NCBI RefSeq assembly: GCF_000018105.1
Contig: NC_009925.1
Location: forward strand, 1,950,001-1,982,000
Origin: Acaryochloris marina MBIC11017
GTDB taxonomy: Bacteria; Cyanobacteriota; Cyanobacteriia; Thermosynechococcales; Thermosynechococcaceae
DNA: 32,000 nt
Direction: 5' to 3'
The notes beneath the pieces were generated by a model that was not told the origin of the DNA, searched no databases, and saw only the letters and a list, made by a program, of their open reading frames with translations. Every line of letters starts with the position of its first letter. Within the stretch, counting starts at the first letter, position 1. Both the position numbers and the translations under genes were made by a program. This document shows positions 8,546 through 17,307 of this stretch, in pieces.

Positions 8546-11328
8546 TGCAGAAACAAAAACTTCTTGGCCTCCTCGGGGTCTCTGGTGCCCTGCTCTTGTT
8601 TGGCGGCTTCGTTGCCAAAAGCTTATCCGTTGACAACCAGCAGCATCAACAATATCGCACCCTCATGGCTCAACAGTTGGACAAAGATGCCACTGTTAAC
8701 CAGAGCGTACTCAAGGCCAGATATGCCCTTCTAACCTCCTACGACCCCCTCGTCCGAGCCATATCCGAGCAGCTCGAGTTACAAGAGGATCTCAAGCAAG
8801 TTCCTGGGTTTATTGGTAACCAACAAAGCCTCTTATCCCAGCTCAGCGAGAACAACCAGGTCTTCACCCAGAAAGAAGAGTTAGTTGAATCGTTCAAATC
8901 CAAAAATGCCATCCTCAAAAACTCCTTAACTTACTTGCCAGAATTGGTAAAAGAAGTTCGCACGGGCTCTGCTAAAGGCTTATCAACGGATGAGGCGATT
9001 CAGTTAGAAAGTCTATTGGATAACGTCTTGCTGTACAGCTTGTCATCCGATGAAGATCTCGTTCCCCAGATCGAAGCCCAAATCACTCAGCTTGAGGGGA
9101 AAAAATCTTCTCAGGGCATTCAATTGGCCCTTGCCCATACCCGGATGATTCTGGAGTATAAGCCCCAGGTCGACACCTTAACCCGCGATATCCTGAAGCT
9201 GCCTACGGCCCAAGCCATCAGCACCTTAGAAGCGGCTTATACCAATCAATATGATGCAGCCACCCAAACCGCCGACCTATTTCGACTACTCAGCTTCGGC
9301 TGCTTGTTAGTCCTCGTCAGTGGTGGTGCCTATTTGGTGGTTCAGCAACAGCGCCGCTCCAATGAACGGGTCTCGGGTATTCTCAGCAGTTTGACCGATG
9401 CCTTCGTCGCCCTCAATCCCCAGTGGCAAATCACCTATATCAATGACAAAGCTGCTGAAATTTTACAAGCGGATTCCCAACAGCTGCTCAATCAAGATTT
9501 CTGGCAAAGCTTTCCAGACGTTCTGGGGGCCGATCATCTTAGTGACTATCGGCAAGCCCTAAAAGAGAAGCAAAAGACCTCCTTCGAGGTGTTTTATCCT
9601 CCCAGCCAAATGTGGTTGGAAATTCGGGTCTATCCCAGTGTGGACGGTCTCTCCCTATTCCTTCAGGATGTAACCATCCGCAAGGAAGCGGAAGCCAGCT
9701 TGAAACAAATGAACCAAGAGCTGGAAACTCGGGTCAAAGCTCGTACGGCCCAGCTCGCCTCCAGTATGGAAGCCGCCGAAGAAGCGCGGGAGAAAGCAGA
9801 AGAGGCCAATAAGAGTAAGAGTGAATTCTTGGCCAATATGAGCCATGAACTGCGGACCCCCCTCAACGCCATTATTGGTTACAGCGAAATGCTGGAAGAG
9901 GATGCCGAAGATATGGGGCAGGATGATTTTGTCCCCGATTTGCAGAAAATTTCAGGGTCGGCCAAGCATCTCTTAGAGCTGATTAACGCAGTGCTGGATC
10001 TGTCGAAGGTTGAAGCCGGACGGATGGAGCTTTATTTGGAGTCCTTTGAAATCGCACCGATGGTTAAAACCATTGCTGCTACATTGCAACCCATTGCTGA
10101 TAAGCAAAGCAACATGATTTCTCTACATTGTCCTGAAAACATCGGGACTCTGTATGCGGATCAAACCAAAGTCCGTCAGAGTTTGTACAACCTACTCAGT
10201 AATGCTTGTAAATTCACAGAATCCGGCGAAGTTAGCCTGACCATCTCTGAAGATGCGGGTGAAGAAGTTGTGTTTAGCATTAAAGACACCGGCATTGGCA
10301 TGACTCCAGAACAACTGGAAAAAGTGTTCAAAGCCTTTACCCAAGCGGATGCATCTACCACCCGTAAATATGGGGGAACCGGACTGGGCCTCACCATCAC
10401 CAAGCAGTTTATTGAGATGATGGGCGGTCATATTTCAGTGACCAGCCAATACGGCTACGGCACCGAGTTTACGATCCATCTTCCTCGCCAAGTGGAATCA
10501 GAATCGAAAGCATCGGCTCCCGCTCAATCTGTCCCCGCCGAACCCAGTAAAATCTCGTTACCCACAACGGCTAAGGGACAGCCGGGTGGCACAGTACTGG
10601 TGATTGACGATGACGAGTATGCCCGAGATTTAATGAAACGGTTTTTAACGGATGCTGGGTATGATGCCGTGGCGTCGTCTTCAGGGGTAGAGGGGCTACA
10701 ACTCGCTGAAGACCTGATGCCGGACATGATTATTTTGGATGTTCTGATGCCAGAACTAGACGGCTGGTCCGTCCTCCAGAATCTCAAGGGCAATGCCAAG
10801 TTAGCAGATATTCCCGTCATTATGATGACGATGGTGGATGCCGAAAAAGTCGGTTTCTCTTTGGGCGCGACTGACTTCCTGACCAAACCCTTACAGCGGG
10901 ATCGGCTGCTGGAACTGTTGGATAAATATGTCACCACCGCCGATCGCAACTGGATGTTAGTGATTGAAGATGATCTGCCTTCACAAGAAATGCTAGGTCG
11001 CCTACTAGAGCGGGAAGATTGGCCCTACAAAACAGCGGGCAATGGCAAACAAGCCCTTGAAGTCCTTGGTACCCATGGCATCCCAGACTTAATTTTTCTG
11101 GATCTAATGATGCCAGAGATGGATGGGTTTGAGTTCCTCAAGGTGCTGCGGCAAAATCCAGAATGGCAAAATATCCCTGTAATTGTGGTTTCAGCGAAAG
11201 ACCTTACGGCTAGTGAACGGATGGAGTTGGGCGATACGGTCCAAAGCATTCACCAAAAAGGCCACCTCGATCGAGAGGAATTGCTGGAAGAAGTCCAAGA
11301 CTTTATTGAGATTACAGCGGGTCATTAA
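8545..11328 (+). CDS. Hybrid sensor histidine kinase: TM, ~215-aa periplasmic helical sensor, TM, PAS, HisKA, HATPase_c, REC, REC
   Basis: TM helices lie at aa ~6-27 and ~246-266. The PAS-like region is [19 protein letters not shown]...VTIRKEAE, followed by a coiled coil. The H-box is [14 protein letters not shown], with His434 encoded at 9844-9846. N and G boxes are LLSNACKFT and DTGIGM...GGTGLGL. Two receivers follow (VLVIDDD...[10 protein letters not shown]; MLVIEDD...[11 protein letters not shown]). The start ATG overlaps the peroxidase stop (TAATG, 8543-8547). Confidence 0.9.
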   Translation: MQKQKLLGLLGVSGALLLFGGFVAKSLSVDNQQHQQYRTLMAQQLDKDATVNQSVLKARYALLTSYDPLVRAISEQLELQEDLKQVPGFIGNQQSLLSQLSENNQVFTQKEELVESFKSKNAILKNSLTYLPELVKEVRTGSAKGLSTDEAIQLESLLDNVLLYSLSSDEDLVPQIEAQITQLEGKKSSQGIQLALAHTRMILEYKPQVDTLTRDILKLPTAQAISTLEAAYTNQYDAATQTADLFRLLSFGCLLVLVSGGAYLVVQQQRRSNERVSGILSSLTDAFVALNPQWQITYINDKAAEILQADSQQLLNQDFWQSFPDVLGADHLSDYRQALKEKQKTSFEVFYPPSQMWLEIRVYPSVDGLSLFLQDVTIRKEAEASLKQMNQELETRVKARTAQLASSMEAAEEAREKAEEANKSKSEFLANMSHELRTPLNAIIGYSEMLEEDAEDMGQDDFVPDLQKISGSAKHLLELINAVLDLSKVEAGRMELYLESFEIAPMVKTIAATLQPIADKQSNMISLHCPENIGTLYADQTKVRQSLYNLLSNACKFTESGEVSLTISEDAGEEVVFSIKDTGIGMTPEQLEKVFKAFTQADASTTRKYGGTGLGLTITKQFIEMMGGHISVTSQYGYGTEFTIHLPRQVESESKASAPAQSVPAEPSKISLPTTAKGQPGGTVLVIDDDEYARDLMKRFLTDAGYDAVASSSGVEGLQLAEDLMPDMIILDVLMPELDGWSVLQNLKGNAKLADIPVIMMTMVDAEKVGFSLGATDFLTKPLQRDRLLELLDKYVTTADRNWMLVIEDDLPSQEMLGRLLEREDWPYKTAGNGKQALEVLGTHGIPDLIFLDLMMPEMDGFEFLKVLRQNPEWQNIPVIVVSAKDLTASERMELGDTVQSIHQKGHLDREELLEEVQDFIEITAGH

Positions 11329-11362
11329 ATCGAGACCCAGAAAATTCAACACCGCCTAATCC

Positions 11363-11408
11363 CAGCAACCAGAGCGATTGGATGCTCTGGTTGCTGTTGT
11401 TATTTTTT
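11363..11408 (+). terminator. Rho-independent terminator downstream of the hybrid kinase
   Basis: Perfect 13-bp stem, CAGCAACCAGAGC (11363-11375) and GCTCTGGTTGCTG (11384-11396), with an 8-nt loop. It is followed by TTGTTATTTTTTG and starts 35 nt after the stop codon. Confidence 0.65.
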
Positions 11409-11604
11409 GCTCGCAACTCATCACCTTAGAGATGAGGAGTATCACGGTCTATCATCATCCACCCCTATGCCTACAACCATCAATCACCTTGCCCTTATTG
11501 GTTAAAAAAGGGGTCTGGCATAGATCCAAATATGGGCAAACTGGCGTATATCTTATCAGTTGGCGTTCGCGCCACTCAGCTTCGTCCAATATTGGGAATA
11601 AGGC

Positions 11605-12102
11605 ATGAAATTCAACTGTCGGCCAGTCGGAATAGAGTTTCTGGAGAATGCCCCCGTTCAATTCGTGAATCAGGTGGAACTCGCTGCATCACCGGCCCAG
11701 GTGTTTGAGATCTTTGAGAACGCCGAGGCTTGGCCCCAATGGTACAAAGAGATTGTCAATGTGGAATGGCATGGCTCCCAACCCTATGGGGTGGGCACTA
11801 CACGCACCGTCAAACTGACTACAGTCACTGTAGAAGAATATTTCTTTGTCTGGGAGCAGAACCAGCGTTTGGCATTCTACTTTACGGGTATGAGCCTCCC
11901 TCTAGCAAAGGCTTTGGTTGAAGAATATCGCCTCATTCCTTTGGGTGAACATCGAAGTCAGTTCACCTATAAAGTTAGCTTAGAGCCTTCGTTTTGGCTC
12001 CGTTTGGGAGGTCCATTTATTCTCAAGGTCTATGCAAAGATGTTTCAGCAAGCAACAGCCGATTTGGCTGAATATATTCGGAGTCAATCAGTGATCTCTT
12101 GA
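11605..12102 (+). CDS. SRPBCC (START/polyketide-cyclase-like) family protein
   Basis: 165 aa. The pattern ...V.L.ASP.QVFEIFENAEAWPQWYKEI..VEW.G....GVGTTRTV.L... is typical of the SRPBCC ligand-binding fold. Its stop overlaps the next gene's start. Confidence 0.7.
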   Translation: MKFNCRPVGIEFLENAPVQFVNQVELAASPAQVFEIFENAEAWPQWYKEIVNVEWHGSQPYGVGTTRTVKLTTVTVEEYFFVWEQNQRLAFYFTGMSLPLAKALVEEYRLIPLGEHRSQFTYKVSLEPSFWLRLGGPFILKVYAKMFQQATADLAEYIRSQSVIS

Positions 12103-12695
12103 TGTCGGAACATATTCCCGATCGTTTTTTTGAACTAGCTCCCTTGTATGCTCTGGGGAGTTTAGCAGAGGGTGAATGCCAGTGGGTTGAAGCTCAAATG
12201 GAAGCTCACCCAGAATTAACAGCAGAAATTGCCGCGTATCAAGCTGCGATCGCAACCCTACCCTATGCCGTTCCTCAACAATCCCTGCCCGCAGGCTTAA
12301 AAGAGCGCGTTTTCCGCAAAACGACCGGAGAAGCTCCTCCAGCGACTGAGGAACCTGGTATTCCCGTCAGCAAAAACTTTAATTTTTCTGATCTGAAATG
12401 GCGACCGTTTAATGCTCCCGGTTTTGAAATGGCAAAACTGCACTTGAATCGTGACTCGCGTGAACTCACCTGTTTCGTCAGAGCAGCCACAGGCGGACTA
12501 CCCTATCCTGCTCATCGCCATGCAGGTCCTGAAGAGATCCTGATGCTAGAAGGAGAGCTGAGAATTGGGGAAACGTTATACGGTCCAGGAGACTATATTC
12601 GCGCCGAAGCTGATTCAGTCCATCCCCATGCAGAGACTGTCACCGCTTGTCTCTTCTACCTGAAAACTTCTGTCGATAATGAAACCTTGGTGTAA
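12102..12695 (+). CDS. ChrR-like anti-sigma factor / cupin-domain protein, soluble
   Basis: The N-terminal helix-rich segment (FELAPLYALGSLAEGECQWVEAQMEAHPELTAEIAAYQ) resembles an anti-sigma N-domain. The C-terminal cupin is AHRHAGPEEILMLEGEL..GE..YGPGDYIRAEADSVH. The likely start is ATG 12102, sharing one nt with the upstream TGA (TGATG). The track start is TTG 12099. Confidence 0.7.
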   Translation: MSEHIPDRFFELAPLYALGSLAEGECQWVEAQMEAHPELTAEIAAYQAAIATLPYAVPQQSLPAGLKERVFRKTTGEAPPATEEPGIPVSKNFNFSDLKWRPFNAPGFEMAKLHLNRDSRELTCFVRAATGGLPYPAHRHAGPEEILMLEGELRIGETLYGPGDYIRAEADSVHPHAETVTACLFYLKTSVDNETLV

Positions 12696-12844
12696 AAGCG
12701 GTTTCCGACAAAACCCTATCAAGATGATGGTGATGAATCACTCAAGACTTATGCAGCGGCAGTAAGTTTCAACTTGAACTGGTCAATAATTTGAATAGAG
12801 GGCCGCATTTCTCCCCAACTGCCAACACTGCAACAATTCGCACT

Positions 12845-14458
12845 ATGTTCCGCCAGTATGGTCGCCTGAAGCATTGGCTTGAACTATCACCGACAGAAGT
12901 TTTACGAGGACGGTTATCCAGAAAAATTGCGTTTTGGATCTTTGCAGGACTAGTGTTGATCGAAATCATTATTCTGCTGCCGTCCTATGCCAAAAGAGAA
13001 CAAGACCTGCTGACCGATCTAGAACAGACTGGGATGGCAACCCTCAAACCTTGGGTGAACATTCCCTGGGACCGCTTATCCGCAGACAACTCAACATTGC
13101 TACAGCAATCGCTGGTTTTTGATTCACGGTTACGGGGGGCTGTTGTGCTCTCTCCTCGGGGTCAAATCGTTGCCCAATTTGGGACAGCGCCTACTCTCCA
13201 ATCATCAGACTTAAGTCGTTCGCCTATCACTCGATCGCTACATACGAATGACCTCATCTATGACATCGCTTGGTCTCCCTCTGAATTCGGCACCACAAAA
13301 TATACTGTCATTGCCAGTCTTGATGCCTCACAGGTCAAGAGAGAGAAAATTGCTTACCTATGGCGGATTATCGGACTGATTGTCTTAATCTGTGTGACGG
13401 TAACATTGGTGACGATGTTAGCCCTCAGACCGCTGGTGCTCAAACCCATCGACCAGTTAAGACTAGACCTGCAAAAAGTGGGACTAGCCATTAATCACGA
13501 TCAGTCGCAACCTGCTCTAGCGACCCAGAGTATTCGGAGAAGTGATGAACTTGGCGAAGTCGTCGCCACTTTTCACCTGATGGTGTCCCAGATCTATGAC
13601 AATGTCCACGAGCGCAAGCAAGTGGAGCATCAGTTACAAGAACTCAATGAAGATTTAGTTAAGACGCTAACCGAACTCAAAGCCGCCCAAGCTAGCTTGG
13701 TAGAGGCCGAAAAGATGGCAGCTCTGGGCACACTTGTCGCCGGAGTAGCCCATGAAATCAATACCCCCATCGGCACCAGCATTACCGTTGCCTCTACACT
13801 AGCTGACGAAACCCATGTTTTTTTGGAAGCTGCCCAATCAGGACAGCTCAAACGTTCAGTTCTCAACCATTACATCGACGTCGCTCGCCAATCAACCCAA
13901 CTCATTAACAGCAATTTGGATCGAGCCGGTCAACTGATTCAAAGCTTCAAACAAGTTGCAGTCGACCAATCTCATCAATCGGTCAGAACGTTTAATCTTA
14001 AGACTTACCTCGACGAAATTGGCACCAGCCTGCAACCTCAAATCAAACGGTCAGGGCACCAGCTGAACATCCTTGGGGACGATGATATTGTCCTGACACA
14101 GGATCCCGGTATTTTCGCCCAAATCATAACGAATCTGGTCACTAATTCGATTAAGCATGCTTATCCATCCGATATAAATGGCACTCTCCAACTCCAGATC
14201 ACAGCAGCCAACAACCAAGTCATCCTGGATTATTGTGATGATGGTTGTGGGATTTCACAGGATCTGCTCAACAAAATTTTCGATCCCTTTTTTACGACCG
14301 CCCGCCATATCGGGGGAACTGGGCTAGGTCTGCATATTGTTTACAACATTGTTGTGCAATCGTTGAACGGAACCATTGATGTCCAGAGTCAGGAACACAA
14401 AGGCAGTCAATTTAAAATTACGTTTCCCTTAACTCCCTCCCCTCCAGTAGAAACATAA
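12845..14458 (+). CDS. Membrane sensor histidine kinase: TM, extracytoplasmic domain, TM, HAMP-like region, kinase core
   Basis: The two TM helices are IAFWIFAGLVLIEIIILLP and IIGLIVLICVTVTLVTMLAL. A HAMP-like linker is followed by the H-box MAALGTLVAGVAHEINTPIG, the N-box ITNLVTNSIKHA and the G-boxes DDGCGI / GGTGLGLHIV. I prefer ATG 12845 (MFRQYGRL...) over the track's TTG 12791. Confidence 0.85.
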   Translation: MFRQYGRLKHWLELSPTEVLRGRLSRKIAFWIFAGLVLIEIIILLPSYAKREQDLLTDLEQTGMATLKPWVNIPWDRLSADNSTLLQQSLVFDSRLRGAVVLSPRGQIVAQFGTAPTLQSSDLSRSPITRSLHTNDLIYDIAWSPSEFGTTKYTVIASLDASQVKREKIAYLWRIIGLIVLICVTVTLVTMLALRPLVLKPIDQLRLDLQKVGLAINHDQSQPALATQSIRRSDELGEVVATFHLMVSQIYDNVHERKQVEHQLQELNEDLVKTLTELKAAQASLVEAEKMAALGTLVAGVAHEINTPIGTSITVASTLADETHVFLEAAQSGQLKRSVLNHYIDVARQSTQLINSNLDRAGQLIQSFKQVAVDQSHQSVRTFNLKTYLDEIGTSLQPQIKRSGHQLNILGDDDIVLTQDPGIFAQIITNLVTNSIKHAYPSDINGTLQLQITAANNQVILDYCDDGCGISQDLLNKIFDPFFTTARHIGGTGLGLHIVYNIVVQSLNGTIDVQSQEHKGSQFKITFPLTPSPPVET

Positions 14459-14611
14459 GCGGGCAAAACCTTTAGGAATCAAGGCTCACCATTCCTGATG
14501 CTCAACGCCTAACCCTTGTCGAACATTCAGTGCCTGATAGTGAAGTGGCTTACGGCAGACTTTAATCATGTGACAAACTATCACAGCGAATTTAGCGCCA
14601 GAAGCACTGTA

Positions 14612-15253
14612 TTACCAATACTGCCAAGCTGAATTCGTCAAAATATAGATTCCCAACGCCAAATTAGTGGTGCTATGGGCAATCATGCAGGCGTAGAGGC
14701 TCTTCGTCACCTTCAGCAGAATGGTATAAATCACCGCACAGATAATAGCCACCAGCCACTCGCTATGGAGCAGTCCAAACAACACACAAGAGATGGCAAA
14801 GGCTCCCCAGGTAAAGGTGCCTATAGGGATTTTCTGAAACTCGGGTACGCTCAAGTACCGAAGGAGGAAAGAACGCCAAAAGATCTCCTCCATAATCGGC
14901 ACCATCACCACTAAGCCATAGAAGCGAAAGGCCAAAAAGACGGGTAAGATCCAGCCCGTCAAACTGACGAAGGGATTGTAGCCAACACGCTGGCCTAGAG
15001 GGGGATAAGGGATCCATTGATCCAGCAAAATCCATTCGGCAAAGACGATGAGACCGACTGCGATCGCAGTCACGGTTACCTTGCCACCGGGTCGAACATC
15101 TTGCCACGGACGCGCCAAAACGCCTAGCAGTGTAGACACAACAATCACCTTTACCCCATAGAGCCAAGGATAGGCCTCTGGCCATAGCCCTTCCAGGGTG
15201 GTAATCAGCATAAACGTAGCCATCGGGGCTACATAGGCAACCCAAGGCGGCAT
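14612..15253 (-). CDS. CPBP-family intramembrane glutamic endopeptidase (CAAX protease / Abi-like)
   Basis: Polytopic membrane protein with the CPBP motifs EEIFWRSFL, FGLLH and HSTTN. Confidence 0.85.
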   Translation of the reverse strand: MPPWVAYVAPMATFMLITTLEGLWPEAYPWLYGVKVIVVSTLLGVLARPWQDVRPGGKVTVTAIAVGLIVFAEWILLDQWIPYPPLGQRVGYNPFVSLTGWILPVFLAFRFYGLVVMVPIMEEIFWRSFLLRYLSVPEFQKIPIGTFTWGAFAISCVLFGLLHSEWLVAIICAVIYTILLKVTKSLYACMIAHSTTNLALGIYILTNSAWQYW

Positions 15254-15273
15254 ATTGATACGGCGCTCTTAAT

Positions 15274-16122
15274 TTATGACTCGAGCATAACCGATGATTT
15301 CACATTTGCTGCGTCTTGCTGGGTTAAGCTACGGCGCATCGCTTCCACAAAACGGCTAACGCGAATGGGATCAATGGGTTGATCCACTTGACCATGACGC
15401 TTCAGAGAGCTGGAAACAATGGCACCATCCGCTGCTTGAATCAGGCTGGGAATATTTTCCCAATTGGCACCACTGCCAATAAAGACAGGAACATCTTTAG
15501 CCGCATCAATCGCAAGTTCCAAATCACCAATATTTGGCGGACTGCCCGTTTCCCAACCGGAAATAATAATGCCGTCTGCCAACCCCCGTTCGATGGTTTC
15601 ATGGACGGTTGTGGTCAGGTTGGGCGCGCCCAAAGGACGGGCATGTTTGACGAGGACATCGGCAAAAATTTTGACGTCGCTCCCTAGTTCACGGCGATAG
15701 CGCAGGAGGCGGTGGGCTTCCCCTTCAATCAGTCCCTGATCCGTTTCCATGACGCCGGTAAGGACATTGACGCGAATAAACTGGGCTTCGACACAAGATG
15801 CGATCGCCATGGCGCTACAGGCATCGTTGCGAAGCACATTAATGCCAATGGGTAAGGGAACCAGATTTTTGACCCGCTGTACCACCAAACTCATGGCACT
15901 CACCACAGCTGGGTCTACTGTGCCTTTGGTAAAGGGGGCATCAAAGAAATTTTCAATAATAAGGCCATCGACTCCACCAGCGGCAAGGGCAGTGGATTCT
16001 TGTTCGGCTCTGGCAATAACAGCCTTGAGGCTTCCGCCCCAACGCGGGGAGGTGGGCAATGGCAGGAGATGGACAACGCCAATAATGGGATTCGGGGATT
16101 TAAAAATGTGTTGTAACTCCAC
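15274..16122 (-). CDS. btpA: BtpA/SgcQ-family protein (photosystem I biogenesis protein BtpA)
   Basis: The sequence IIGVVHLLPLP.SPRW.G....VI.RAEQE..ALAAGGVDGLIIENFFDAPF...GINVLRND is characteristic of BtpA. At 282 aa it has the typical length. Confidence 0.9.
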   Translation of the reverse strand: MELQHIFKSPNPIIGVVHLLPLPTSPRWGGSLKAVIARAEQESTALAAGGVDGLIIENFFDAPFTKGTVDPAVVSAMSLVVQRVKNLVPLPIGINVLRNDACSAMAIASCVEAQFIRVNVLTGVMETDQGLIEGEAHRLLRYRRELGSDVKIFADVLVKHARPLGAPNLTTTVHETIERGLADGIIISGWETGSPPNIGDLELAIDAAKDVPVFIGSGANWENIPSLIQAADGAIVSSSLKRHGQVDQPIDPIRVSRFVEAMRRSLTQQDAANVKSSVMLES

Positions 16123-16321
16123 GGATAATTGAGTCGAACTCAGTAGGGAGACTATAGAAAAATAAAATTAAATAAGTCTAGAAAATTCTAGCTAAATCAC
16201 TAGAAAACGGTTGGCACAGCCAAAACCTTCTAGAGTGTCTAGCATAACAGCTTCCAGGAACCATGTATATTCTGTAAATCACTGTTCTCACTGACCGATC
16301 GACCTCAAGATCGACCCACCT

Positions 16322-16843
16322 ATGGTTGAATGCTCGGAGATGGGCGGAGAAAAATCAAATTGGGTGCAATCGGCGGTTGCCTTAGGGGGAAATTTAGGCA
16401 ATCCCAAAGCGACCCTTTCTGCTGCCATTACCACCCTGCAAAACGACGCCAAAATTCTGGTGTTGACCCAATCCCATTGGTATCAAACCGCAGCCGTTGG
16501 ACCACCCCAGCCCGACTATCTCAATGGTTGTGTCAGTTTATTGACAGCTTACTCGCCTCAATCCTTGCTAGAGAAGCTATTGGAGATTGAAACTCAGTTT
16601 GGACGTGTCCGACGGGAGCGCTGGGGACCTCGCACCCTCGATCTAGATGTGTTGTTGTTTGGACAGGCCGTCATTCAGACACCGACGTTGACGGTGCCCC
16701 ATCCCTGTCTGCATGAACGCGCTTTTGTGCTGGCCCCTTTGGCCGAGATCTGTCCAGGCTGGGTGCATCCCGTGCAACAGCAAACCATTGCCGAGCTGGC
16801 CAAGGCGGTAGACTATACAGGGGTTCATCGACTGTCTCACTAG
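16322..16843 (+). CDS. folK: 2-amino-4-hydroxy-6-hydroxymethyldihydropteridine diphosphokinase (HPPK)
   Basis: AVALGGNLGNP...T.WYQTAAVGPPQPDYLN......E..FGR.R.ERWGPRTLDLDVLLFG....TP.LTVPHP.LHERAFVLAPLAEI matches FolK motifs. The true start may be the internal ATG at 16340 (MGGEK...). Confidence 0.9.
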   Translation: MVECSEMGGEKSNWVQSAVALGGNLGNPKATLSAAITTLQNDAKILVLTQSHWYQTAAVGPPQPDYLNGCVSLLTAYSPQSLLEKLLEIETQFGRVRRERWGPRTLDLDVLLFGQAVIQTPTLTVPHPCLHERAFVLAPLAEICPGWVHPVQQQTIAELAKAVDYTGVHRLSH

Positions 16844-17111
16844 GCAGCGTCATTCAGCTGAGAAGGCATACTCGTTGGTTACCTCTGCCATTTCTTTCAC
16901 GCATTGAGAGCATGAATTGCAATCTCTTTCGTTATTTTCCAATGTGATATTTTGCTAGGCAACAACAAGCAAGAGCTTTCTCCCCACAGAACTGGAGGCC
17001 GGGGGCCAAATACAGATAATGTGTTCTTGCCCCAAGGTCTCACATACCTCATTCTTATCTTTTTCAAAGGCGTATCCCGAAGTTGGGGGAGTTGACTCTG
17101 GACACATCTAA

Positions 17112-17227
17112 GGCCCTCACCCCCAACCCCTCTCCCAAAGCTGGGAGAGGGGAGCTAGATCTCAACCTTGGGCTTGCATTTCTCCCCTTCGCCCAAGGTT
17201 GGGAGAGGGGGCTGGGGGGTGAGGGCC
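17112..17227. repeat. GC-rich nested palindromic (MITE/REP-like) intergenic element
   Basis: The outer arm GGCCCTCACCCCCAACCCCTCTCCCAA (17112-17138) pairs with TTGGGAGAGGGGGCTGGGGGGTGAGGGCC (17199-17227), with one mismatch and two 1-nt indels. An inner perfect 11-bp hairpin is CCCCTCTCCCA / TGGGAGAGGGG (17127-17137 / 17142-17152). A second perfect 11-bp inverted repeat is CAACCTTGGGC / GCCCAAGGTTG (17163-17173 / 17191-17201). Confidence 0.75.
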
Positions 17228-17307
17228 AAACCTCAAGACACTCTTCCCAAACTGTTGGATACAAGCTTTTTTAACTCCATACTCTGACCTCCCTTACAAG
17301 CCAACCT

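Noticed and set aside
10524-10949. 141-aa antisense ORF inside the hybrid kinase. Similar long antisense or off-frame ORFs occur at 14763..15245(-), 15749..16132(+), 23679..24062(+), 9612..9872 and 27974..28276(-).
   Set aside because: All lie within genes whose sense frames carry unambiguous family motifs. Their own translations are Ser/Arg/Pro-rich with no motifs, so they are treated as shadow ORFs of GC-rich coding sequence.
11378-11661. ORFs 11378..11608(+) and 11455..11661(-) between the kinase and the SRPBCC gene
   Set aside because: The plus-strand ORF starts inside the terminator hairpin and T-tract. Neither has recognisable motifs or a ribosome-binding site.
17064-17274. Two mirror-image ORFs (66 aa minus, 63 aa plus) in the folK-Nudix spacer
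   Set aside because: Both lie entirely within the GC-rich palindromic element and encode low-complexity Gly/Pro/Leu peptides. Having an open frame on both strands is the expected artefact of an inverted repeat.
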